Of a stretch of 39,567 bases of DNA, positions 8,225-18,097 are shown piece after piece. The stretch's first letter is position 1. Every line of letters begins with the position of its first letter. The stretch covers positions 1 through 39,567 of the forward strand of contig JBGAIN010000068.1 in NCBI GenBank assembly GCA_044225505.1, given 5' to 3'. The notes under the pieces were generated by a model. The model was not told where the DNA came from and made no database searches. It saw nothing but the letters and a program-made list of their open reading frames with translations. A program made the translations under genes and the position numbers. The stretch comes from Limisphaerales bacterium. GTDB lineage: Bacteria > Verrucomicrobiota > Verrucomicrobiia > Limisphaerales > SIBE01.

Positions 8225-9970
8225 ATGAAACTCTCCTGTCGCTTTTCCTGGGACCGTTTTCGTTTTGCTTGTCATTTGGGATGGATCACCATGGCTTGCT
8301 TAGGTGCCGCGCCCGTCTTGCGCGGCGCCGATCTTCCCGACGTCTCCCCGGTCGAACGGCAGAGGATCGAAGCGGCCATTCCAACCCAAGCGCTGGTGAA
8401 ACCGACGCGTCCGAGGAAATTGTTGATTTTCGACCGGAACGTGAACTACGGCGGGCATCCGTCGATTCGGACGGCCAACCTGGCTTTTACACTGATGGGC
8501 CAAAGAACGAAGGCGTTCGAAACCGAGATCCATACCGATCCGGAAGTGTTTAGACGCGAGAGCTTGCGAAGGTTTGACGCGGTGTTCTTCAACAACAATG
8601 TCGGGAATCTTTTTCAAGATCCAGAGTTACGGCGGAACGTGGAAGAGTTTGTCTATGGCGGGGGCGGGCTCATGGGTGTCCACGGAACGACGGTAGCCTT
8701 CACCCAATGGCCAGGCGCACTCGAGGATTGGCCTGAATTCGGATTGATGATCGGCGCGCGCGGGGCCAACCACAAAGCGAGTGACGAACGTGTCGTTATC
8801 CATGTGGACGATCCGGGACATCCGTTGACCCGGGTTTTTAGAGGGAACAGCTTCGAGTATCGCGACGAGTTCTTCCGCGTGCACGAACCCTACTCTCGGG
8901 ATCGGCTGCGAGTCTTATTGACTATCGATACGAACCGCACGGACATGAACCAGAAACCCGCGTATGGGAAGCTCGTCCGATCGGATAATGATTACGCGCT
9001 CGCATGGGTTCGCAATTACGGCCGCGGGCGGACATTTTACTGCACGATCGCGCACAATCCATCGGTGTTTTGGGACCCGAAGATGCTCGAGTTCTATTTA
9101 GGGGCGGTGCAGTTCATCCTGGGCGATCTGCCAGCTCCGACGGTGCCCAGCGCCAAAGTGACGGAAGCGATGCGGGCGCAAGAGAAGCTCGGGTGGCGGC
9201 TTGGGATTGAGGCCTATACGTTTCACAAATTCACATTGTTTGAAGCGATCGAAAAGACGGCCCAACTCGGGTTGCCGTTTATGGGTGGGCTGAGCTTCCA
9301 AAAGGTGAGCCGCGACATCCCAAAGGACTTCGACCCGGAGTTATCCGACGAGGTGCTCGCGCGAGTGCGCGCGAAGCTGGAGGCAGCCGGGGTTCGGCTA
9401 CTGACCTATTACGTGCAGCAATTGCCGGCAGATCCCAGTCAGTGCCGGAAGTATTTTGAATTCGCGCGCAAGATAGGCATTGAAGCGTTTATGTCCGAGC
9501 CGATGCCCGAAGCGTTCGACACGATTGAACGGCTCTGTGACGAGTACGACATTCGGGTAGGCCTCCACAATCACGATCAAAAGGCCTCGCCTCGCTACTG
9601 GCGGCCGCAAGGAATCCTGGAAGCGTGCCAAGGACGCAGCGCTCGAATCGGGGCTTGCGTGGATCTCGGTTACTGGCTGCGGTCTGGAATCGATCCATTG
9701 GAGGGCTTGAAGCTTCTGGGCGATCGGTTGGTCACGATCCAAGCTCACGATCTCAATGAGACAGGCAAGGAAGGCCATGACGTCCCTTGGGGGACCGGCG
9801 TCAGTGCGCTCGCGGGGGTGTTTGAAACGATGCAGAGACTCGGGCAGAAACCGGTCATGGTCGGGCTCGAATACTCTTACAACTGGCTCGAATCGATGCC
9901 CGACCTCGCGCGCTCAATTCAATTCTTCAACGATACCACCGTCAAACTTGCACGCGAGGAGAAGCCATGA
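8225..9970 (+). CDS. Secreted ThuA-domain/xylose-isomerase-like TIM barrel fusion protein
   Basis: ThuA half: GHPSI, FDAVFFNN, GGGLMGVH, DEF, WVRNYGRGRTFY..IAH. TIM-barrel half: AYTFHKFTLFEAIEK, SEP, HNH, DLGYW, H.W.TG, EY. Confidence 0.85.
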   Translation: MKLSCRFSWDRFRFACHLGWITMACLGAAPVLRGADLPDVSPVERQRIEAAIPTQALVKPTRPRKLLIFDRNVNYGGHPSIRTANLAFTLMGQRTKAFETEIHTDPEVFRRESLRRFDAVFFNNNVGNLFQDPELRRNVEEFVYGGGGLMGVHGTTVAFTQWPGALEDWPEFGLMIGARGANHKASDERVVIHVDDPGHPLTRVFRGNSFEYRDEFFRVHEPYSRDRLRVLLTIDTNRTDMNQKPAYGKLVRSDNDYALAWVRNYGRGRTFYCTIAHNPSVFWDPKMLEFYLGAVQFILGDLPAPTVPSAKVTEAMRAQEKLGWRLGIEAYTFHKFTLFEAIEKTAQLGLPFMGGLSFQKVSRDIPKDFDPELSDEVLARVRAKLEAAGVRLLTYYVQQLPADPSQCRKYFEFARKIGIEAFMSEPMPEAFDTIERLCDEYDIRVGLHNHDQKASPRYWRPQGILEACQGRSARIGACVDLGYWLRSGIDPLEGLKLLGDRLVTIQAHDLNETGKEGHDVPWGTGVSALAGVFETMQRLGQKPVMVGLEYSYNWLESMPDLARSIQFFNDTTVKLAREEKP

Positions 9971-11382
9971 AAACGCGTTCGTCGGCGTCACAATCCGCTC
10001 CAATCGCGATCTCGCGACGGACCTTCTTGCGAGCGGCGGCTTCCACCTGTGGGCTCCTGGCAATGCCCGAGTGGATTGCCCCGTCAGTTTTGGGCAGGGG
10101 TGACAGAGTTCCGCCCAGCGCGCGGCTGCAGCTTGGCTTGATTGGGATTGGCGCCATGGGCAGCGGCCATTTGCGGCGATTGATCGATGACCCGACCGTG
10201 CAACTCCTGGCGCTTTGTGACGTCGACACCACTCGGCGCGACCAGGCCCAGCGGGCAGCGGAAGCGACTTACCAGGTCGCGGGCGGGCCTGGCAAATCCT
10301 CGGCGTGTGCTGCCTACAACGACTTTCGAGATTTGCTAGCGCATCCGGGGCTCGAAGGAGTGGTCATCGCGACGCCGGATCATTGGCATACCCCGATGAG
10401 TGTGGAAGCCGTTAAAGCTGGGCTAGACGTCTACTGTGAGAAGCCGGTTTCGCTGACGATTCGCGAGGGGCGGGGATTGGTTGAGGCGGTGCGTCGAGGA
10501 GGCAAAGTCTTTCAAACGGGAACGCAGTACCGGTCCATTCCGACCATTCGACAAGTCTGTGAATTCGTCCGGCGTGGCGGGCTTGGGCAGGTGCAAGCGG
10601 CATTTACACTCTGGGGTACGTATGACATTCCGACGCTTGGACCATCTTATATTCCCCTCGATCCTACATTGCCTGAGGAACCGATCCCGAATGGGCTGGA
10701 TTGGGATCTATGGGTGGGGCCAGGGACGTGGCGTCCGTATAACCATCTGTACCATCGCAACCCTTCGCCCGGTGTCGTCCCGTGGGTGTTCTGCGACGCC
10801 TTCGGCGCGGTGGCGATTACCGGATATCAATCCCACGCGGCGGATGTCATCCAATACGCGCTCGGGGTGGAGACCTCCGGCCCGGTCGAGATTCATCACC
10901 CGAAGGATGGCGATTTTCCTACGTTGACCTTTCGCTATGCCAATGGCACGCGGCTGCATCACGTGGACCATTGGGGGATGGTAAAAGATCTTTACCGGGC
11001 AGTGCCTGGAACAGCTCGATTGGCCGGGAATTTCGGTGGATTATTTGTGGGAGAGCGCGGTTGGGTGACCTCGATGTCCACGGGCGGGCCGATCGAAGCG
11101 GGCCCCGCCTCGCTGTTTGACGAAATGAAGCTGGGCAGCCGTGAAGTGACGATCGGCGCCAACAACCATCACGCCAATTGGTTTGAATGCCTGCGCACGC
11201 GAGCACGACCGAGCGCGCACGAAGAGATTGGGCATCGTTCCGCGTCCTTGGGACACCTGGCGATCATCGCCTACCAACTCGAACGTTCGTTGCGCTGGGA
11301 CCCGGAACGGGAACAGTTCGTTGGAGATGCACAGGCGAATCGCTTGCTTTCGCGGGCCATGCGATCTCCCTGGCGGGTGTGA
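9967..11382 (+). CDS. Tat-exported Gfo/Idh/MocA oxidoreductase
   Basis: SRRTFL twin-arginine signal; IGIGAMG, IATPDHWH, DVYCEKP, FQTGTQYRS and LDWDLWVGP motifs; ATGA overlap with the upstream gene. Confidence 0.92.
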   Translation: MKTRSSASQSAPIAISRRTFLRAAASTCGLLAMPEWIAPSVLGRGDRVPPSARLQLGLIGIGAMGSGHLRRLIDDPTVQLLALCDVDTTRRDQAQRAAEATYQVAGGPGKSSACAAYNDFRDLLAHPGLEGVVIATPDHWHTPMSVEAVKAGLDVYCEKPVSLTIREGRGLVEAVRRGGKVFQTGTQYRSIPTIRQVCEFVRRGGLGQVQAAFTLWGTYDIPTLGPSYIPLDPTLPEEPIPNGLDWDLWVGPGTWRPYNHLYHRNPSPGVVPWVFCDAFGAVAITGYQSHAADVIQYALGVETSGPVEIHHPKDGDFPTLTFRYANGTRLHHVDHWGMVKDLYRAVPGTARLAGNFGGLFVGERGWVTSMSTGGPIEAGPASLFDEMKLGSREVTIGANNHHANWFECLRTRARPSAHEEIGHRSASLGHLAIIAYQLERSLRWDPEREQFVGDAQANRLLSRAMRSPWRV

Positions 11383-11439
11383 ATTAAAGGAGCGAACGGG
11401 GTCGAGGCCAGGCGATCGCTGGTGTCGGAGAGGCGGCTG

Positions 11440-14301
11440 TTACGTGCGGTTGGTTTTGGTGGAGCGTTCGCCTGTTTGTACTAGCTTGCGCGCGGTTTCG
11501 AGTGTATCGATCTCGGCCGGAGTCTTATCTGTGCGGATGCGTGCGATCCGCGGGAAGCGCAAAGCCAGACCGCTATCGTGTCGGCTGCTAATTTGGACAG
11601 CGTCGAAGGCGATTTCCAGAACGGTGTCTGGTTCCACCGCGAAATAGCGCCCCTGCTGGCGGAGCGCCTTCTTGAGAAAGTGCTGTGTTAATTGCGCAAT
11701 CTCGACATCCGTGAGTCCCGAATACGCCTTCCCGATCACTTTGAGAGTACCGGTCGCTTCGTCACGCAGCGCGAACGTATAATCACTGAGGACAGACTTA
11801 CGTTTGCCATGCCCATATTCGGCGCCAACCACGACACAATCCAAGGTGGCATATGCCTTTTTCAATTTCAGCCAAGCCAGGCCGCGACGTCCAGGGACGT
11901 AGCCGCTCTCTGGATCTTTAATCATGAGACCTTCATTGCCGCGTTGTCGCGCATCGACGAATGCTGTCTCAATTTCCTGCTCCGCGCGTGCGCGGGTAAT
12001 TTTAGCCAGCCTTAAGCCGTCGTCCGGCTCGAGTTGTTCGAGTTGCGTACGGCGCAAGCGCAGAGGGCGATTGAGCCAGCTTTCACCTTCGAACCAGAGG
12101 AGATCAAAGGCAATGAAGCGCACGGGGATCTGTTGTCCCAAAAAGAGGTCGCCTTCACGCCGACCGAGGCGACGCTGCAACTCGGCAAAGGGCAGCGTGG
12201 TGTCGCCGCGCATGGCTACCAGCTCACCATCGAGGACAAAATCATGAGGCAAGGTGCGGGCGACGTCTGCCAGATCCAGGAATGTGGTGGTGATCTCTTT
12301 GAGATCGCGGGAGTAAAGCGCGACGCGGTCGCCAACTTTATGGAGTTGGCAGCGAATTCCGTCGTATTTATCCTCCAACCACACGGTCGGAGTGGCCGGA
12401 ATCGACCCGAGCGGCAGTGCCACATCAGTGTCTGAGCGTGGCGCGCCGGCATTTGACCAACCCAAGACCCGTTTCCAAATATCCGCCGCAGACTCTTCGG
12501 GAGACGCGAGCATAAACTTGAGCGGTCGGAACGGAACGACCGCAGCGGTGCGAAGTTCTCCGCGTCTGGCCAGGCTGGCCGTTTCGCCAATGCTCCCAAG
12601 GATCAGATTGGCGTTTTTCACGTCGGTTAGCGGCGTGGCAAAGGCTTGCGCGATCGCTTCCTCGACCAAGCCCTCCTTCAAGCCGATCCGGAGGTCGCCC
12701 GTCAGGATTTTGACCAGGTATTTTCCTTCCAATGCCGTGCATTGCGACAAGACCTTCGCGAGAAGCGGCAGCTTGCCCAGCGGCCCTCGAGCGGCGTGAA
12801 GTTCCCGGAAGAGAGCGTCCATGTCTCGCAAGGTCAATGTCCCCGACTTGGGCGCGTGTTGGCTTAACACTTCAAAGGCGGTTTCGCCCAGATCACTGTG
12901 TTTGAGATAAATTTGACCAAAGCCCGCTTGGTCCAATCCCGTCACAGCGCAGAGCGCGTCGCGGATTAACGCCCATCCTAGTTGAAGCACCTTATTTTCG
13001 ATCGGGGCGAAGGGATGGCCAGTGAAGAAGACGCTCACCGCGCGGACTGAAACTTCATCCAAAGTACGCAGGTAGTCTGCGACGCGAGCTGTCTTCTCCA
13101 GTTTCTTGGCGGTCGACCCCACCGCAGCACAGGTTAAGGCAAAGGCATGGAATCGTTCCGAGGCCTCTTGGGAGAGAGTCGAACCGAGTGCGGCGTCGAC
13201 CGCCGAATTGGCCTGGTTGGCCGTTTGTGGCTGGCTCGACAAATTGATCGGCGACTTTACGCCATGGGTTGCTGGGCGCCGCGTTGCGGTTTCTAGCGTT
13301 AAAGGAAGGGCCAATTGCTCCTCCTGGCTGAGCGCTTGGGCCGAGTAGCCCAAAGTGCGCAACGTGTTGGCGAAATCGGCCGCAAAGCCGTGGAGCGTGA
13401 AAACCTGCCGTGGCTGTACCAGCTTTACAAACTCTACCAGGTCTGGGAAGTCCGCGTGGTCGCTCAACGGAAAAGCGGCGTGAGCCTGGTAGCGGAAGCG
13501 GCAATTGGCATCGACGGCCCAGCCAGTCAAGACCGCGACACGCGTTGGGCCCAGGTTGCGCAGCAGTGCGGAGTTGGCGACATTCGGCGGGCAGATCAAA
13601 ACTTTACCGCGTGCACTGCCACTTTCGTAGCGTTCGTATGGAGGGAAAGTCTGCCCAAACTGCTCGTAGATTCGGGTCAGCTTATGGACCGTCCCGTGCA
13701 GCACGATCGGCAACCCAGCTTCAGCCAAACCACAGAGCAGCTCCTGACTTTTGCCGAGCGAGTAACCAAGCAGGACAGGCGTTTCTTCGTTATCCAGCGC
13801 TTCGCGGCAGAATCGCGCCACGCCGTTCAAAACGGCAGCCGTCGGGGGGAACTGATAAAATGGCCGTCCGTACGTGGTCTCCATGATCAGGATATCGGCA
13901 TGGCGGGGAGTGCACGCTTCGGCTGACCGACCGGGGCGGAGTTTGAAGTCGCCAGTGTAGAGGAGGGACGAGCCTTCCGCTTGAATCAAGGACATGGCGC
14001 TGCCGAAGATGTGGCCGGCGGGCAGAAGGGTTATCGTAAAGGGCCTTTCAGCTCCCTGGAACGACACGGGTTCATCATAAGCCAAGACATGCTCCTGCCA
14101 ATCGCCACTCAGACGCGCGTGCATCAGCTTGGACGTCGGCTTGCTCAGGATGACCTCGCGATGAAGGCCGATATGATCCGAGTGGGCGTGACTGATAAAG
14201 ACCCGCTCCGGACCGGTCTTCGGTTCGTGCGGGTCGAGCCAAAGTCCGAGCTTTGGCAAAAAGACGCCACCTCGATGAAACCGAATTGCCAGCGCTGACA
14301 T
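11440..14301 (-). CDS. Metallo-beta-lactamase/beta-CASP-type exonuclease fused to ATP-dependent DNA ligase
   Basis: N-terminal SHAHSDH, PAGHIFGSA, YTGDFK, METTYG and LSDHADF motifs. C-terminal ligase motifs EDKYDGIR, LDGEL, FDLL, EGLMIK, WLKLK and LRFPR. ATG 14301 preferred over GTG 14325 because of the promoter position. Confidence 0.93.
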   Translation of the reverse strand: MSALAIRFHRGGVFLPKLGLWLDPHEPKTGPERVFISHAHSDHIGLHREVILSKPTSKLMHARLSGDWQEHVLAYDEPVSFQGAERPFTITLLPAGHIFGSAMSLIQAEGSSLLYTGDFKLRPGRSAEACTPRHADILIMETTYGRPFYQFPPTAAVLNGVARFCREALDNEETPVLLGYSLGKSQELLCGLAEAGLPIVLHGTVHKLTRIYEQFGQTFPPYERYESGSARGKVLICPPNVANSALLRNLGPTRVAVLTGWAVDANCRFRYQAHAAFPLSDHADFPDLVEFVKLVQPRQVFTLHGFAADFANTLRTLGYSAQALSQEEQLALPLTLETATRRPATHGVKSPINLSSQPQTANQANSAVDAALGSTLSQEASERFHAFALTCAAVGSTAKKLEKTARVADYLRTLDEVSVRAVSVFFTGHPFAPIENKVLQLGWALIRDALCAVTGLDQAGFGQIYLKHSDLGETAFEVLSQHAPKSGTLTLRDMDALFRELHAARGPLGKLPLLAKVLSQCTALEGKYLVKILTGDLRIGLKEGLVEEAIAQAFATPLTDVKNANLILGSIGETASLARRGELRTAAVVPFRPLKFMLASPEESAADIWKRVLGWSNAGAPRSDTDVALPLGSIPATPTVWLEDKYDGIRCQLHKVGDRVALYSRDLKEITTTFLDLADVARTLPHDFVLDGELVAMRGDTTLPFAELQRRLGRREGDLFLGQQIPVRFIAFDLLWFEGESWLNRPLRLRRTQLEQLEPDDGLRLAKITRARAEQEIETAFVDARQRGNEGLMIKDPESGYVPGRRGLAWLKLKKAYATLDCVVVGAEYGHGKRKSVLSDYTFALRDEATGTLKVIGKAYSGLTDVEIAQLTQHFLKKALRQQGRYFAVEPDTVLEIAFDAVQISSRHDSGLALRFPRIARIRTDKTPAEIDTLETARKLVQTGERSTKTNRT

Positions 14302-14308
14302 GGGCCAG

Positions 14309-14338
14309 AATGTAGGCGCTCGCACTTTCGCGTGTCAA
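14309..14338 (-). promoter_or_regulatory. Sigma70 promoter for leaderless ligase mRNA
   Basis: TTGACA, 18-nt spacer, TACATT, then 7 nt to ATG 14301. Confidence 0.65.
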
Positions 14339-14395
14339 ACTGACCGGGGGCTCGGGTGCTAGATTTGTTGTCGGGGGAGCCGAACTGTTCCTCCG

Positions 14396-14424
14396 TTGCG
14401 GGCTGGATTCAGGGACTGTAGTCT
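14396..14424 (+). promoter_or_regulatory. Sigma70 promoter for leaderless tilS mRNA
   Basis: TTGCGG, 17-nt spacer, TAGTCT, then 6 nt to GTG 14431. Confidence 0.5.
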
Positions 14425-14430
14425 CGGGTC

Positions 14431-15813
14431 GTGTCGGACCTGATACTTCAAGTCGAGCGCATGATTCGGACTCATCCGCTGTTCTCGAGAGGCGAGACGA
14501 TTTTGGTTGGCGTTTCCGGCGGGCTGGACTCGACGGTGCTGCTGCAGGTGCTGTTCGATTTGAGCCAAACCTGGGATTGGCAATTGGTCGTGGGACACTT
14601 TAACCACCAACTGCGCGGGAGGAACAGCGATGGGGATGAGAGCTTTGTGCGAGGCCGGGCAGCGGAACTGGGATTGCGTTGCCGAGTCGGACGGGCAGAT
14701 GTGCGACGCTTGGCGGCGCATCGTCGGTGGTCGATCGAAATGGCGGCGCGCCACTCTCGGCACGCCTTCTTTGCCAGAACGGCGCGCGCCGTCGGCGCAA
14801 GCCGGGTGGCGTTGGCACACCACGGGGACGACCAGATTGAGCTCTTTTTTTTGCGGTTGCTCCGCGGGAGTAGCTTGGATGGGCTCTGCGGGATGAAGTT
14901 GGTCAGTCCATCCCCGGCCGATCATCGAACTTCCCTGGTTCGACCATTCCTGGAATTCAGCCGAGGTGATCTGGAAGCGTTCGCGGAGAATAGGCACCTT
15001 CGTTACCGCCGGGACGCGACCAACCAGGACACGCGACACGAGCGGAACCGTGTTCGGCACGAGTTATTGCCGTTCTTGCGCGACCGGTTCCAGGCGGGGG
15101 TGGACGAGAATATTCGGCGCACGCTTGTCTTGTTGCGATCTGAGGCGGAAGTCGTCTCGCGAACCCTGGAGGTGGCCCTTAAACTGACCAGGCCCTTCGC
15201 TGACTTGGAGACCGCGCTCCAGCGCCGTTGGCTGCACCGTCAGTGCCTAACCCTAGGGTTAGAGGCAGACTTTGCCTTGATCGAACAATTAAGGCTTCAA
15301 CCCGATCATCCGGTTTCCATCGGTCCGAGCCAAGTGGCCTGGAGAACTGCGGCTGGCCAAGTGCAACGGGAACATACGCGACTGCCACGTTTTCGGCCTG
15401 ACCGGGTCGAGATTCAGATGCGATCCGACCAGGGCGAGGTTGAGTTTGGCGGCTTGGATATTCGGTGGCGCGTGATTCCATGGCAAGGTTGGCCGGGCGG
15501 GGCTCCGCAGCGGAGCGCTGGATTGGAACGGTTCGACGCGGCAAAAGTTGGGCGAAAGATCCAGCTTCGCCATTGGCAACCTGGGGATCGATTCCAGCCC
15601 ATCGGGATGAAAGCGGAGGTGAAGCTACAGGATTTGTTTGTTAATCAGAAGGTCCCGAGGCGGGAACGAATGCGTGTGGTACTCGGTGAAACGGGCAAGG
15701 GTGAGATCTTCTGGGTCCACGGATTTCGGATCGGCGAACGTTTTAGGATTGAGAATGGCACGGAAGTTTCTCTGGAGTGGTCGTGGGCAAACTCTGCCCG
15801 AACGGGTGGGTGA
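14431..15813 (+). CDS. tilS: tRNA(Ile)-lysidine synthetase
   Basis: PP-loop VSGGLDS, HFNHQLRG, EMAAR..R, LAHHGDDQIE, RNRVR and TilS C-terminal RHWQPGDRF...KLQDLFVNQKVP; lies upstream of ftsH. Confidence 0.96.
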   Translation: MSDLILQVERMIRTHPLFSRGETILVGVSGGLDSTVLLQVLFDLSQTWDWQLVVGHFNHQLRGRNSDGDESFVRGRAAELGLRCRVGRADVRRLAAHRRWSIEMAARHSRHAFFARTARAVGASRVALAHHGDDQIELFFLRLLRGSSLDGLCGMKLVSPSPADHRTSLVRPFLEFSRGDLEAFAENRHLRYRRDATNQDTRHERNRVRHELLPFLRDRFQAGVDENIRRTLVLLRSEAEVVSRTLEVALKLTRPFADLETALQRRWLHRQCLTLGLEADFALIEQLRLQPDHPVSIGPSQVAWRTAAGQVQREHTRLPRFRPDRVEIQMRSDQGEVEFGGLDIRWRVIPWQGWPGGAPQRSAGLERFDAAKVGRKIQLRHWQPGDRFQPIGMKAEVKLQDLFVNQKVPRRERMRVVLGETGKGEIFWVHGFRIGERFRIENGTEVSLEWSWANSARTGG

Positions 15814-15915
15814 AAGCCCCAAATTGGCTTGGATCCGGCGCTGATACCGCCAGGGAGAGTCAAAGAATTGTGTTGGTACCGGATGGCGTCTGTCGTAGAA
15901 TGCCCTAACCAACGG

Positions 15916-15944
15916 TTGCACCGGTACTTTGATCATGTTACGTT
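15916..15944 (+). promoter_or_regulatory. Putative sigma70 promoter of ftsH
   Basis: TTGCAC, 17-nt spacer, TACGTT with an extended -10 TG. Confidence 0.5.
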
Positions 15945-15980
15945 GGCGCGATTTAACTTCACGCGCGTCCAAACATTAGA

Positions 15981-18020
15981 ATGTCCGACGATAGCAAATA
16001 CACAGGTAACGGTAAGAACGACAAGAAGACCGAAATCAAAGTGCCGTCGCGAAACTGGCTTCTTTGGATTTTGATTCTTGGGTGCATTCCGTTGTTGATG
16101 GTTTTCAAGGACCGCAAGGATTCCAAGTACCAGGTTTTGACCCGGCAGGAATTGGTCGGTTTTCTCACTAACAACCTCGTCCGTGAAGGGACCATTCATT
16201 ATAATCCGCAATCGTCTGTCCTCAATGAGATTACGGGGCTTTACGCCAAGGATGACGGCCATGGGAATGCGGCGACCAACGCCGCTGGGGCAGAGACTCA
16301 AATCCGGTTTCGGGTCAAGACCAAGCTGACCCAGGATTTAGAAAGCGCACTGTTGAACAAAGGGTTTGAGGTCCAGGAGCCCAATACCTTTCTGCTCAAC
16401 ATGTTTGTGACGATTTTGCCGATTTTGTTTGTGGCCTTTCTGATCTATTTCTTCTTTATTCGTCAGATCAAAATGGCGGGCAAAGGCGCTCTCAGCTTCG
16501 GCAAGAGCAAAGCTCGGATGCTGAGCAAGGAAAAGAACCGGACGACGTTCAAGGACGTTGCCGGGGTTGAAGAGGCCAAAGAAGAGGTTTCTGAATTGGT
16601 CGAGTTCCTGAAGGATCCGAAGAAGTTTCAAAAGCTGGGTGGTCGAATTCCCAAAGGAATCCTGATGGTCGGGGCACCTGGAACGGGTAAGACATTGCTT
16701 GCTAAAGCAATTGCGGGGGAAGCGGATGCCGCTTTTTTCAGTATTAGCGGATCGGACTTCGTGGAAATGTTTGTGGGCGTTGGCGCCAGTCGTGTTCGCG
16801 ACATGTTTGAGCAAGCCCGCAAGAATACTCCGTGCCTGATCTTTATCGACGAAATTGACGCGGTCGGCCGAAGTCGTGGTCACGGGCTAGGGGGAGGTAA
16901 TGACGAACGCGAACAGACTCTAAACGCTTTGCTAGTAGAAATGGACGGATTCGATACGCAGGAGGGTATCATTATCATTGCGGCTACGAACCGTCCTGAT
17001 GTGCTAGACCCAGCTTTGTTGCGTCCCGGTCGATTTGATCGCCAGATCACCGTGAACTTGCCCGATGTGCGTGGGCGCGAGGCGATCTTGAAGGTGCATG
17101 CTAAGAATGTGAAACTGGATCCGAGTGCGGATCTGGCGGTCATTGCGCGCGGCACACCTGGTTATTCGGGCGCGGAACTGGCCAACTTGCTGAATGAAGC
17201 GGCTTTGCTTGCGGCTCGAACGAACAAGCGTGCGATCGGAATGCACGAGCTCGAGGAGGCGCGAGACAAGGTGCGCTGGGGTCGTGAACGTCGCAGTCTG
17301 GCCATGACCGATGAGGATAAGAAGCTCACGGCGTGGCACGAGGCGGGGCACGCTCTGGTCAACGTTGTTCTGGAAGACACGCATCCTCTGCATAAGGTCA
17401 CGATCATTCCTCGCGGCCAAGCGTTAGGCGCGACGATGTCGTTGCCCAAACAAGATGTGCTCAATCGCCGCCGTAAAGAGATGTTAGCGATGATTGCCGT
17501 CACTATGGCCGGGCGCATCGCGGAAGAGATCGTTTCCGGTGATATATCTACCGGCGCCGCGGGCGATATTCAACAAGCAACTCAGCTGGCGCGGTCGATG
17601 GTTTGTCACTTTGGCATGAGCGATAAGCTCGGCATGGTGCAATATGGGGACAATAACGAATATGTCTTCCTCGGCCGGGAGATGATTCGAAGCAAAGATT
17701 ATAGCGAGCGGATTGCGCAAGAGATCGACGCGGAGGTTAAGCGAATTATCGACGAGCAATTCAAGACCGCGAAGGACATCATCGAAACGCATCGGGATAA
17801 GCTGGAACTGATTGCGCAATCTCTCCTCGAGTACGAGACGCTCGAAGGCACGCAAGTCGAGGAGATTATTCGAACTGGGCGCATGACGCCGCCACCGAAG
17901 AATACGACCGATCTTCAAGCGCCCACGGGCGCTGTGGCTGCGACGCCGTTGCCCGAAGTTCCTAAACCGACGCCGCCCCATTTGCCCGGCCTGGGCAGCC
18001 CCGCTCCCGCGGCGGCATAA
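15981..18020 (+). CDS. ftsH: ATP-dependent zinc metalloprotease FtsH
   Basis: Two TM segments, Walker A GAPGTGKT, Walker [36 protein letters not shown] zinc motif. Confidence 0.98.
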   Translation: MSDDSKYTGNGKNDKKTEIKVPSRNWLLWILILGCIPLLMVFKDRKDSKYQVLTRQELVGFLTNNLVREGTIHYNPQSSVLNEITGLYAKDDGHGNAATNAAGAETQIRFRVKTKLTQDLESALLNKGFEVQEPNTFLLNMFVTILPILFVAFLIYFFFIRQIKMAGKGALSFGKSKARMLSKEKNRTTFKDVAGVEEAKEEVSELVEFLKDPKKFQKLGGRIPKGILMVGAPGTGKTLLAKAIAGEADAAFFSISGSDFVEMFVGVGASRVRDMFEQARKNTPCLIFIDEIDAVGRSRGHGLGGGNDEREQTLNALLVEMDGFDTQEGIIIIAATNRPDVLDPALLRPGRFDRQITVNLPDVRGREAILKVHAKNVKLDPSADLAVIARGTPGYSGAELANLLNEAALLAARTNKRAIGMHELEEARDKVRWGRERRSLAMTDEDKKLTAWHEAGHALVNVVLEDTHPLHKVTIIPRGQALGATMSLPKQDVLNRRRKEMLAMIAVTMAGRIAEEIVSGDISTGAAGDIQQATQLARSMVCHFGMSDKLGMVQYGDNNEYVFLGREMIRSKDYSERIAQEIDAEVKRIIDEQFKTAKDIIETHRDKLELIAQSLLEYETLEGTQVEEIIRTGRMTPPPKNTTDLQAPTGAVAATPLPEVPKPTPPHLPGLGSPAPAAA

Positions 18021-18097
18021 ATCGCAACAGTCTAACTTTCGCGATTCCCTCTCCGCTAGATCGAGGAGTCTGCTGGGAGATGTCCGCAAATTGCGGA

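Noticed and set aside
15813..15981. No hpt between tilS and ftsH
   Set aside because: Direct tilS-ftsH adjacency is common, and no gene remnant is visible in the 167-bp gap.
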